DNA of 32,000 nucleotides from Candidatus Saganbacteria bacterium (GTDB lineage Bacteria; Margulisbacteria; WOR-1; JAKLHX01): NCBI GenBank assembly GCA_026387835.1, contig JAPLKZ010000011.1, positions 30,001 to 62,000 of the forward strand, read 5' to 3'. Shown piece by piece: positions 24,681 to 32,000 of this stretch (position 1 is its first letter; each line of letters starts with the position of its first letter). The notes under the pieces were generated by a model. It saw only the letters and a program-made list of their open reading frames with translations, ran no database searches and was not told where the DNA came from. The position numbers and the translations under genes were made by a program.

Positions 24681-25526
24681 TTACCGCCTATTACTTGCTT
24701 TTTTCAAACCTTTATGTTGTTTTACTGTTGTTAAGATGCTCATCAGCATTTTATAGCCGTCATTCAACGGATTTACTTTTGAGTGTATATCGTTATCCCA
24801 TGATACCGGCGATTCCGTGATCTTAAATCCCAGCTTGTGAGCGATATAAAGGACCTCGACATCAAACCCCCAGCCGTTCACGGTCTGCCGCGCGAAAACT
24901 TCTTTTACTGCCAGCCGAGTTAAACATTTGAAACCGCATTGCGTGTCGCGGATGTTGAGCCCGGTCGCAAATATCGCGGTCTCACTGAAAAGCCAGTCTA
25001 AAAGTTCCCTGTAAAAAGGCTGGTGACGTAAAATGTTTGACTGCGGCAGCATCCTTGAACCGATCACGATGTCGGACCCGGCATCAAAACACGGGATAAA
25101 ATTTTGCATCTCGCCTATCTTGGTCGCATTGTCCGCGTCCATGAAAAGCGCAAGATCGCTTTTTGTCCGGAGCATGCCCTCCCTGACAGAAAATCCCTTC
25201 CCCATATTGGACCTGGGCCCCGTGATCTGCACGCGGCCGCTTCCCGCGAAGGAAGAGACGATGTCGGATGTCCTGTCAGTGCTGCCGTCGTCGACTACCA
25301 ATATATCGGCAATGCTTAACCCCGCGCATGAAAAGCCGAGGATACTTTCGATGGTCGGGCCTATACGTTTTGCCTCGTTGAATGCCGGGATAACGACAGA
25401 GAGAGAAAATGACCTGTCCATCGGCTTTGCCACTGCAGGTCCGGGAATTTGCGCAGGACGAAATCCGGTCAATGCCGACCTTATGCGAACAGACAGATGT
25501 TTTTCGCTATTTACCGATAATCCCAT
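24681..25526 (-). CDS. family-2 glycosyltransferase, polyprenyl/dolichyl-phosphate hexosyltransferase-like, 281 aa
   Basis: GT2 motifs are present: LSVVIPAFNEAKRIGPTIESI, ILVVDDGSTDRTSDIV, NMGKGFSVREGML, LFMDADNAT (DxD), GSRM...QCGFKC. The start is uncertain. ATG 25526 has no clear RBS, and the internal ATG at 25418 (MDRSFSLSVVIPAFNE) is an alternative. Confidence 0.85.
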   Translation of the reverse strand: MGLSVNSEKHLSVRIRSALTGFRPAQIPGPAVAKPMDRSFSLSVVIPAFNEAKRIGPTIESILGFSCAGLSIADILVVDDGSTDRTSDIVSSFAGSGRVQITGPRSNMGKGFSVREGMLRTKSDLALFMDADNATKIGEMQNFIPCFDAGSDIVIGSRMLPQSNILRHQPFYRELLDWLFSETAIFATGLNIRDTQCGFKCLTRLAVKEVFARQTVNGWGFDVEVLYIAHKLGFKITESPVSWDNDIHSKVNPLNDGYKMLMSILTTVKQHKGLKKASNRR

Positions 25527-25584
25527 ATTAATATCTTTACAAACAACAGCTCGGGCTTCCCATGCTTATTGCTTGTTCCCATCT

Positions 25585-25618
25585 GCATAGTTGTCGCCGG
25601 TATTTTAAGGAAATTTCA
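25585..25618 (-). promoter_or_regulatory. promoter-like box G: TGAAAT-N16-CGACAA, in the divergent GT2/GH2 intergenic region
   Basis: Minus-strand read: TGAAATttccttaaaataccggCGACAActatgc. It lies 70 nt upstream of ATG 25526. The palindromic core GAAATTTC also reads GGAAAT on the + strand, 18 nt upstream of CGTTATAGTAAA and just before the GH2 ATG. Confidence 0.5.
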
Positions 25619-25645
25619 CCCATTTTGCTAAGGCGTTATAGTAAA

Positions 25646-27841
25646 ATGTCATTAATGAGACCGATCGACCTCAATGGTCAGTGGCAGTTCATAAAAGACC
25701 CGAAAGACATCGGCGAGAGTGAAGGTTATTTCAGGTCCCCGCAAAAATTCAAAAAAGCCAAAAAGATCAGTGTCCCGTCAAACTGGGAGACCGCTGGGAT
25801 AGAAAACTACAGCGGGACTGTGTGGTTTTACAGAGAAATCGATAAGGTGGATATTTCTGATGATGAAGACGCGATCCTCCATTTCATGGGAGCGGACTAT
25901 TTTTGTAAAGTCTGGCTGAACGGAGAATATTTAGGGGAACACGAAGGATATTTTCAGCCGTTTGAATTCGATGTTGCGGACAAGGCCGGCAAAAAAACCA
26001 AAAACATTCTGATCGTAAAAGTATCTTCGCCTGCGGAAAAGACAGGAAAGGACGATTGGCCGCACAAAAAAAAACTTATCAAGGGAGTATTTGGCCATCA
26101 CGATGTCAGGCCAGGGGCCTGGTCTGAAAAGCTTGGGCAGTCCCATGGTACCGGAGGTATATGGAACGATGTCTCTATTTCAATACTTCCGAAGGTAAGG
26201 ATCTCAGGAATAAAAGTCAGTCCGGTACTTAAAGATAATTATAAAACTGCCGAATTAGACGTTGAAATATTTATTGAAAATAAGTCAAATAACGATATTT
26301 CTGCAAAGGTTGAGTTAGAAATATCCTACTGGCTTTTGACGTCCGACAAACAGCCTTCGCCCGTAAAAAAAATTGAACTGGACGCCGCCGTACTGCCGGG
26401 TGTAAATGTCTGCAAGACAAAAATTGAGATAAGAAATCCGTTCTTATGGTGGCCGTGGGACCACGGCGAGCAGAACCTGTATGTAATGAACGCAAAACTG
26501 TTTGTCCCGTCCGCCGGACAGCCGGTATCGGAGGCCGTCCAGAGGTTCGGGATCAGGGAAATAAAGATATCGGAAAAAGATAAAGGATGGATACTCAACG
26601 GCAGAAAAATATTTATCAGGGGATCGAACATCATCCCCGAGGAATATCTTTCTACTTATACGGCTGAACGCATAAAAAAGGATGTCGGGATCATCAAGGA
26701 CGCGAACTGCAATGCGGTAAGGGTCCATGCTCATATAAACAGGAAGGAATTATATGACGCGCTTGACGAGGCCGGAATAATGGTATGGCAGGATTTTCCG
26801 CTCCAGTGGGAATACGTGGACACCCGGGAATTCATCGAAGAAGCGTGCAGGCAGATAAAAGACATGGTAAATCTTCTTCACAATAATCCGTGTGTCATGC
26901 TCTGGTGCTGCCACAATGAACCGGTCGTCACGGGAAAGGCCATCGATTCCGCCCTGTATCAGGCCGTGAAAGAAGAAGACCGGACAAGAATAACAATAAA
27001 GGCGTCCGATTTTCACGAGCACCCGTATCCCGGATGGTTCTGGGGGCACTACCGGTATTATTTCGCTCTTCCCGGCAAGCCTTTCCCGACGGAATTCGGC
27101 GCGCAGGCGCTGCCCGGGATCGATACATTAAAAAAAATGTTCGAAAAAAAGGATCTCTGGCCGCCAAAATGGGGCATATGGGCGTACAGGGATTTTGTCT
27201 ACGAGCAGACGTTCCATATCGCCGGCGTCAGACGCGGTAAAAGCATAAATGAATTCATAAAAAACAGCCAGGCTTACCAGTCCGGCCTGATAAAATACGC
27301 GGTCGAAAGATACCGCCAGCACAAAGGAAGCGAGATATCCGGAATGTTCCATTTCATGCTGCTCGAGCCGTGGCCGGCCGTCTCATACTCAGTGACGGAC
27401 TATTTCAGGAACCCCAAAAAAGGTTTTTTCACTCTTAAGACATGTTTCCAGCCGGTGCTTGTCATCGCGTCGCTCCAGAGGAGGACTTTCGGGCCGGGGA
27501 ACAGGATCGAAGGCCAGTTCTGGGTCGTGAACGACTATTTCAGGGATTTTTACGGCGCAAAGCTGGCGATCTCCGTCAAAAGAGGCGGTAAGGTATTAAT
27601 AAGATATAGTAATGTAATGATAGATATCGAAAGGGACACTTGCAAGGAGATAACAAATATTGTATATTCAAATACAAAAGGACTGGAACTGCCTTCATCC
27701 GCCAAAGAAGGTCCGTGCGAAATGGTGATGGAGGTTTATGATGCTTTTGGCGCTTTTCTCTCGGCCAATACGGAAGAGCTGATCCTGGAAAAAATCCCAA
27801 AAGAGATTAAACAGTTCAACGCAGAATTTATATGGGAGTGA
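25646..27841 (+). CDS. glycoside hydrolase family 2, beta-mannosidase-like, 731 aa from the preferred start
   Basis: GH2 sugar-binding N-domain: NGQWQFIKDP..., SVPSNWETAGIENYSGTVWFYREI, LHFMGADYFCKVWLNGEYLGEHEGYFQPFEFDV. Catalytic TIM-barrel motifs: IFIRGSNIIPEEYL, CNAVRVHAHINRKELYDALDEAGIMVWQDFPLQW, MLWCCHNEP (acid/base E), FPTEFGAQALP (nucleophile E). The track start at 25562 adds 28 atypical residues and runs into the divergent promoter, so I prefer ATG 25646. Confidence 0.85.
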   Translation: MSLMRPIDLNGQWQFIKDPKDIGESEGYFRSPQKFKKAKKISVPSNWETAGIENYSGTVWFYREIDKVDISDDEDAILHFMGADYFCKVWLNGEYLGEHEGYFQPFEFDVADKAGKKTKNILIVKVSSPAEKTGKDDWPHKKKLIKGVFGHHDVRPGAWSEKLGQSHGTGGIWNDVSISILPKVRISGIKVSPVLKDNYKTAELDVEIFIENKSNNDISAKVELEISYWLLTSDKQPSPVKKIELDAAVLPGVNVCKTKIEIRNPFLWWPWDHGEQNLYVMNAKLFVPSAGQPVSEAVQRFGIREIKISEKDKGWILNGRKIFIRGSNIIPEEYLSTYTAERIKKDVGIIKDANCNAVRVHAHINRKELYDALDEAGIMVWQDFPLQWEYVDTREFIEEACRQIKDMVNLLHNNPCVMLWCCHNEPVVTGKAIDSALYQAVKEEDRTRITIKASDFHEHPYPGWFWGHYRYYFALPGKPFPTEFGAQALPGIDTLKKMFEKKDLWPPKWGIWAYRDFVYEQTFHIAGVRRGKSINEFIKNSQAYQSGLIKYAVERYRQHKGSEISGMFHFMLLEPWPAVSYSVTDYFRNPKKGFFTLKTCFQPVLVIASLQRRTFGPGNRIEGQFWVVNDYFRDFYGAKLAISVKRGGKVLIRYSNVMIDIERDTCKEITNIVYSNTKGLELPSSAKEGPCEMVMEVYDAFGAFLSANTEELILEKIPKEIKQFNAEFIWE

Positions 27842-27845
27842 TTTT

Positions 27846-28781
27846 GTGCAAAAAAATCTCTGGTCGCAGATAGTTAAGTACAGGTTCGCCTATTATTTTA
27901 TTCTGCCGACTTTCATAGGGATGCTGTTCCTTCACATATTTCCGATATTCCAGGCGATCTACATGTCTTTTCTGAGGCTCAATCAATTCACTTTAAGCCA
28001 GTACCTTATGGCGCCTTTCGTGGGCCTTGAGAACTATTATGAGATCATCGTGAACGCGAACAGCCCGATACGCATCGGACTGCTGGAAGCGATCAGGAAT
28101 ACGGTGATCTATACGGTCCTGGTCACCATCGGCACCATAGCGGTCGGCATGGTGGTCGCTCTTATGGTGAACAGAAAGTTCAGAGGAAAAAACATAGTAA
28201 GGGCGCTGTTCCTTTTCCCGTGGGTCGTTCCGACATACGTGACCGGCCTTCTGTGGGGGTTCATGTGGCAGAAGGAGATCGGCGTGATAAACATACTGCT
28301 TGTAGACTGGCTCCATCTTTTGCCTTCCAAGCCGTTCTGGCTTCTCGGCCCCAACACTTTGTGGGCGATAATAATACCGACGATCTGGCGTTACTGGCCG
28401 CTTTCCATGCTCATGCTTCTTGCCGGGATGCAGTCGATACCGGACGAGCTTTACGAAGCGGCGGAGATCGACGGAGCGTCAGCCTGGAAAAAATTCTGGA
28501 CGATCACTTTTCCGATGCTGAAACCGGTCTGGGCGATATTGATACTTTTCGGTCTTATATACAACACTTATTCTTTCAATATCGTGATAATGATGTTCGG
28601 GTTCGGCGCCGGATACCCCGGCGAGTGGGGAGACCTTATGATGACGAACATATTCAGGAATACGTTCCAGCAATGGGCTTTCGGTGTGGGCGCGGCAGCT
28701 TCCGTGCTTTTGATGTTCTTTATGATAATAATCGTCAATTTCTGGTTCAGGTTCTATAAAAAATCAGAGGAAATGATGTAA
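27846..28781 (+). CDS. ABC carbohydrate transporter permease (MalF/UgpA-like), 311 aa
   Basis: GTG start with GGGAG 7 nt upstream, 4 nt after the GH2 stop. Six hydrophobic segments and the EAA loop AGMQSIPDELYEAAEIDGASAWKKFWTITFPMLKP. Confidence 0.9.
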   Translation: MQKNLWSQIVKYRFAYYFILPTFIGMLFLHIFPIFQAIYMSFLRLNQFTLSQYLMAPFVGLENYYEIIVNANSPIRIGLLEAIRNTVIYTVLVTIGTIAVGMVVALMVNRKFRGKNIVRALFLFPWVVPTYVTGLLWGFMWQKEIGVINILLVDWLHLLPSKPFWLLGPNTLWAIIIPTIWRYWPLSMLMLLAGMQSIPDELYEAAEIDGASAWKKFWTITFPMLKPVWAILILFGLIYNTYSFNIVIMMFGFGAGYPGEWGDLMMTNIFRNTFQQWAFGVGAAASVLLMFFMIIIVNFWFRFYKKSEEMM

Positions 28782-28782
28782 A

Positions 28783-30588
28783 ATGTTCAACTTGCCTTAT
28801 TACATGAGGCAGCGCATAACAAAAAGAGCTACTGACGTAGTGATGGTAGTCTTTCTGATTATTACCCTTTTTCCTATTTTCTGGATGGTTTTTTCTTCTT
28901 TTAAAAGCAATACCGAGATTCTGCTGGGAAAGATCCCTTTCGGCAGGGCGAGCAACGACGCGGTCTACATGGAACAGAGAGGGAAAAGCCTCTTTGTGCT
29001 CACAGCCGACGGCGGGCTGAATAAATTTGATATCAGCACAAATGAGCTGATAAAACGCGGGTCCATAAAGTCGATGGCCACGAGCTATATTACGGATGAT
29101 GTTAATATCTGGGCCGGCTCTTCCGACAAAGGGCTTGTCCAAATTTCCATGGATGACCTTTCAAAAAAGAGACGTTTTGATGCCGATGTCGAAGGGAAAG
29201 ATATATCAAAAATTGTATCGACATTTCTGCTGCAGGATGAGAATACGATCTATATGGGTTTTCAGCAAAAGGGGGTCGAAAAACTTTACAAATTTGACAA
29301 GCCGACAAGGACTTTTTCCGGTACTATTTCTTTCGGCGGGCCTCTCTCCCCGTGCCAGGCGGCTTCGGCGGTGCTCTTCGGGGGACAGATATGGATAGGC
29401 ACGAACAAGGGGCTGATAGTCTGCGACAAAAAGACCGGACAGTCCGTAAAGACCTATAACGGCAACGATCTTGGTATCCCTCCCGTTGACATCAAAAAAA
29501 TGGTCCTTTTCAAGGATGAAATACTGCTTTCAACATCTTCGGGGATATTCGGTTTTTCTCCGTCGGCCGGAAAGGTCATAAAGATATACAACCAAGCATC
29601 CGGACTTCTGTCGGACAGGGCCAATAACATTCTTACCGACGGGAACAGGATATTTGCAGGGCTCAACAACGGGCTTTCTATAATAGACACTTCTACCGGG
29701 AACATTAAAAATATTGAAAGCTTGTTCGTCCCGGTGCAAGGCTCAAACGAAAAAGGTTTCGTGCACGGAGATGTGTTCGGGATGGCAAAAACTGAAAAAG
29801 GCATCATGCTCGGGTCAAGCGGCGGAAGGATAAGTTTTCTTGGCGCGAACAACGCGCCGTCGCAGACGTTAAAAGCGGGAGAAGGGCATATCCTTATAAG
29901 GTGGAGAAATTATATAGACCTGTGGAAGAATATAAATTTCGCTCTTTATCTCAAGAACTCCATCATAATATGCGGGATAACGATGCTGCTCGCGATGATA
30001 TTCGCGACTCTCGCGGCTTACTCGCTCGCGAGGTTCGATTTCCCCGGGAACAAATTCTTCAGCATCGGGGTCCTGGCCACCCAGATGATACCGGCGATAA
30101 TGTATCTCATCCCGATCTATATAATGTTCACAAAATTCACACAATGGACGGGGGTGCCCATGAAAGGGACGTACATGGGCCTGATAATGATATACAGCGC
30201 CTTCTTTATCCCGTTCTCGATATGGATACTGAGAGGATTTTTCGCGGCAATACCAGTCGAACTGGAAGAAGCGGCGCGTATCGACGGGGCTTCGCCTTTG
30301 CAGGTATTCTGGTATATTGTTCTTCCGCTTGCGGTACCCGGGATAATCGCGACCGGCATATATGTCTTTCTGACGGCTTGGGACGAGCTGATGTTCGCCT
30401 GGGTATTATGCAATGCCGACACCATGACGATACCGGTAGGCATAAGATTGTTCGTCGGTAATTACCAGAACAGGTTCGACCTTATGATGGCGGCGGCAAC
30501 GGTCGCGACGATACCCGTGATGGTGCTGTTCTTCATGCTGCAGAAACATATAGTCAAAGGCCTGACGGCAGGCGCAGTTAAAGGATAA
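28783..30588 (+). CDS. ABC carbohydrate transporter permease (MalG/UgpE-like) with a ~320-aa periplasmic beta-propeller-like insertion, 601 aa
   Basis: The first TM (VVMVVFLIITLFPIFWMVFSSFKSNTEI) and the C-terminal five-TM core with EAA loop (EEAARIDGASPLQVFWYIVLPLAVPG) are typical MalG-type. Between them, at aa ~51-368, lie seven spaced motifs of the two-component-regulator propeller kind: FVLTADGGLNKFD, IWAGSSDKGLVQIS, IYMGFQQKGVEKLYKFD, IWIGTNKGLIVCD, ILLSTSSGIFGFS, IFAGLNNGLSIID, IMLGSSGGRISFL. Confidence 0.85.
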   Translation: MFNLPYYMRQRITKRATDVVMVVFLIITLFPIFWMVFSSFKSNTEILLGKIPFGRASNDAVYMEQRGKSLFVLTADGGLNKFDISTNELIKRGSIKSMATSYITDDVNIWAGSSDKGLVQISMDDLSKKRRFDADVEGKDISKIVSTFLLQDENTIYMGFQQKGVEKLYKFDKPTRTFSGTISFGGPLSPCQAASAVLFGGQIWIGTNKGLIVCDKKTGQSVKTYNGNDLGIPPVDIKKMVLFKDEILLSTSSGIFGFSPSAGKVIKIYNQASGLLSDRANNILTDGNRIFAGLNNGLSIIDTSTGNIKNIESLFVPVQGSNEKGFVHGDVFGMAKTEKGIMLGSSGGRISFLGANNAPSQTLKAGEGHILIRWRNYIDLWKNINFALYLKNSIIICGITMLLAMIFATLAAYSLARFDFPGNKFFSIGVLATQMIPAIMYLIPIYIMFTKFTQWTGVPMKGTYMGLIMIYSAFFIPFSIWILRGFFAAIPVELEEAARIDGASPLQVFWYIVLPLAVPGIIATGIYVFLTAWDELMFAWVLCNADTMTIPVGIRLFVGNYQNRFDLMMAAATVATIPVMVLFFMLQKHIVKGLTAGAVKG

Positions 30589-30614
30589 AAGATCAGGGCG
30601 CAAATAGAAAGGGG

Positions 30615-32000
30615 ATGATGATGAAGAAATCAGTTCTTGTTTTCATGTCCGCAATTATCTTGTGCGGGGCCGTTTCGGTGGCCTTGGCACAGGATAAGGT
30701 CAGCGCAGCCGTTAATCAGGCGTGTTATTTTGGAATATTCAGGCAAGGTGCTCCCGGAAATATGGGCCTCATAAACAGCCTTGAAAAAAAGACAGGGAAA
30801 AAATTTTCGGTCATCATGTGGTACCAGGATTGGAGCACGACTTTTAATAAAAGCCTCTGCGACAAGGTAGTCAGGAAAGGTGCAGTGCCGCACATCGTCT
30901 GGGAGCCCTGGCTGTGGTCTGACAAAGAAAAGATCAAACTCGGCAATATTTTGGCGGGTGAGTGGGACTCGCATATCAGGCAGTACGCGCAGGATGTGAG
31001 AAACTGGGGAAAACCGATCTTTATCAGATGGGGGCATGAGTTCAATATCGAAGGATATCCGTGGTGTGTCGTCAACAACGGCAAAGACCCGAAAAAATAT
31101 GTTGATGCTTTCAGGCACGTGAAAAACATTTTTAATGAAGAAGGCGCCGACAATGCGATGTTCGTCTGGTGCCCGATGAGGGAATCGTGGCCGCAGGAAA
31201 AATGGAATGATATGGAGCTTGCTTATCCCGGGGACGAATATGTCGACTGGATCGGCATAGACGGCTATAACTGGGGCGTCACCCAGCCGTGGAGCCAGTG
31301 GCAGAGCTTCAAGGAGCTTTTCAGGGATGTCTCAAGGAGCCTCTGGAGGGCGCACCCGACAAAACCGATAATGATAGCCGAGTTCGCGAGCGCCGACCTG
31401 GGCGACGACAAAGCCGGATGGATACTTGATATGAACGAAGAGCTGAAAAAGATGCCCTACATAAAGGCCATTAACTGGTTTGACGAAAAAAAAGAGGCTG
31501 ACTGGAGGATCGAAAGCACGCCCAAAACTCTGGCAGCTTTTAAAACTCTGATTAAAGACCCGTATTTTACAGCTTCATCAGCTGGGATCGCGGATATTAA
31601 ACAGGCTTTTAAATTCGGGATAGAAAAGAAAAAAGCTGTTGCAAGGTATGCCTCAACATCCGTTAAGATCGATGCGGATATATCTGACTGGATGACCGAT
31701 TCATTTATGACGATAGATCAGGAATCCCAAATCCAGGAAGGTGCAAATCTATGGAAAAGTCCTTCAGACCTCAGTGCAAAGGTCTATTTAAAGTGGGACA
31801 ACGATAACCTTTATATTGCTGCAGATGTTACTGACAAAAACCCGTTGATCAATTCAAAGAAGGGAAAGAATATCTGGAACGGCGATGCAATAGAAATTTG
31901 CCTCGGACTTGATAATTATGAAAGATCAAAACTAGGGGACAAAGATTTTCAGATTGGTTTCAGCAGCGGTAACGGTAAACTAGTCAGGCCATCAGTATGG
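30615..32000 (+). CDS. secreted glycoside hydrolase family 26 (beta-mannanase-like) with a C-terminal CBM9-like domain; 3'-truncated by the window edge
   Basis: This ORF is not in the track because it has no stop in the window; I translated it by hand and the frame is open for 462 codons to position 32000. Three tandem ATGs lie at 30615, 30618 and 30621 after AAAGGGG, and 30621 has the best spacing. Signal peptide: KKSVLVFMSAIILCGAVSVALA-QD. GH26 motifs: PIFIRWGHEFN, YVDWIGIDGYNW, KPIMIAEFAS. The CBM9-like region begins at about aa 350: IDADISDW..., YLKWDNDNLYIAADVTDKNP...WNGDAIEI. Confidence 0.85.
   Translation, partial: MMMKKSVLVFMSAIILCGAVSVALAQDKVSAAVNQACYFGIFRQGAPGNMGLINSLEKKTGKKFSVIMWYQDWSTTFNKSLCDKVVRKGAVPHIVWEPWLWSDKEKIKLGNILAGEWDSHIRQYAQDVRNWGKPIFIRWGHEFNIEGYPWCVVNNGKDPKKYVDAFRHVKNIFNEEGADNAMFVWCPMRESWPQEKWNDMELAYPGDEYVDWIGIDGYNWGVTQPWSQWQSFKELFRDVSRSLWRAHPTKPIMIAEFASADLGDDKAGWILDMNEELKKMPYIKAINWFDEKKEADWRIESTPKTLAAFKTLIKDPYFTASSAGIADIKQAFKFGIEKKKAVARYASTSVKIDADISDWMTDSFMTIDQESQIQEGANLWKSPSDLSAKVYLKWDNDNLYIAADVTDKNPLINSKKGKNIWNGDAIEICLGLDNYERSKLGDKDFQIGFSSGNGKLVRPSVW

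Noticed and set aside
25562-25645. The longer start (ATG 25562) for the GH2 gene given in the ORF track.
   Set aside because: The extra 28 residues (MLIACSHLHSCRRYFKEISPILLRRYSK) are Cys/His/Arg-rich, resemble neither a GH2 N-terminus nor a signal peptide, and overlap the divergent promoter box. ATG 25646 is preferred but not proven.
1-32000. Mobile element, prophage, CRISPR array, tRNA, rRNA, or a defence island containing a reverse transcriptase.
   Set aside because: I saw no integrase, transposase, recombinase, RT or Cas-like motifs in any long ORF. There are no direct-repeat/spacer arrays, no terminal inverted repeats flanking the ORFan block, and no tRNA-like cloverleaf regions in the short intergenic gaps. 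The only repeats are the intragenic 57-aa units and the promoter boxes.

Overview
The window is 32 kb of bacterial chromosome from an unidentified lineage. It has mid-range GC, strong AGGAGG-type ribosome-binding sites, and no rRNA, tRNA, CRISPR array or mobile-element gene that I can see. It splits into two parts.

(1) Positions 1-19250 hold seven co-oriented minus-strand transcription units made almost entirely of large proteins I cannot assign to any family.
- A tightly coupled four-gene operon encodes proteins of 892, 769, 919 and 526 aa. Two are polytopic membrane proteins and one carries TPR-like repeats.
- A 1337-aa alpha-helical solenoid gene is followed by a 99-aa EF-hand-like gene, then by a further truncated helical protein.
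- Two paralogous membrane proteins (288 and 649 aa) share an N-terminal domain of about 110 aa. The longer one carries five tandem LRV/HEAT-like repeats of about 57 aa that are still visible at DNA level.
- This ORFan block is my candidate for an undescribed envelope or membrane system. Its function cannot be read from the sequence.

(2) Positions 19373-32000 are recognisable glycan metabolism.
- A minus-strand operon encodes an 840-aa fusion of a degenerate UDP-GlcNAc-2-epimerase-like domain with an (alpha/alpha)6-toroid-like domain, a canonical WecB-type epimerase, and an NDP-sugar pyrophosphorylase.
- A GT2 polyprenyl-phosphate glycosyltransferase-like gene follows.
- A divergent plus-strand mannan-type utilisation unit encodes a GH2 beta-mannosidase-like enzyme, a MalF-like permease, a MalG-like permease and a secreted GH26 with a CBM9-like domain, truncated at the window edge. 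The MalG-like permease has a seven-blade propeller of about 320 aa inserted in a periplasmic loop.

Every minus-strand transcription unit is preceded by the same promoter-like box, TGAAAT-N16-CGA(T)A. There are nine copies with invariant 16-nt spacing, and two units carry tandem copies.

All functional calls come from reading motifs by eye. No database search was run.
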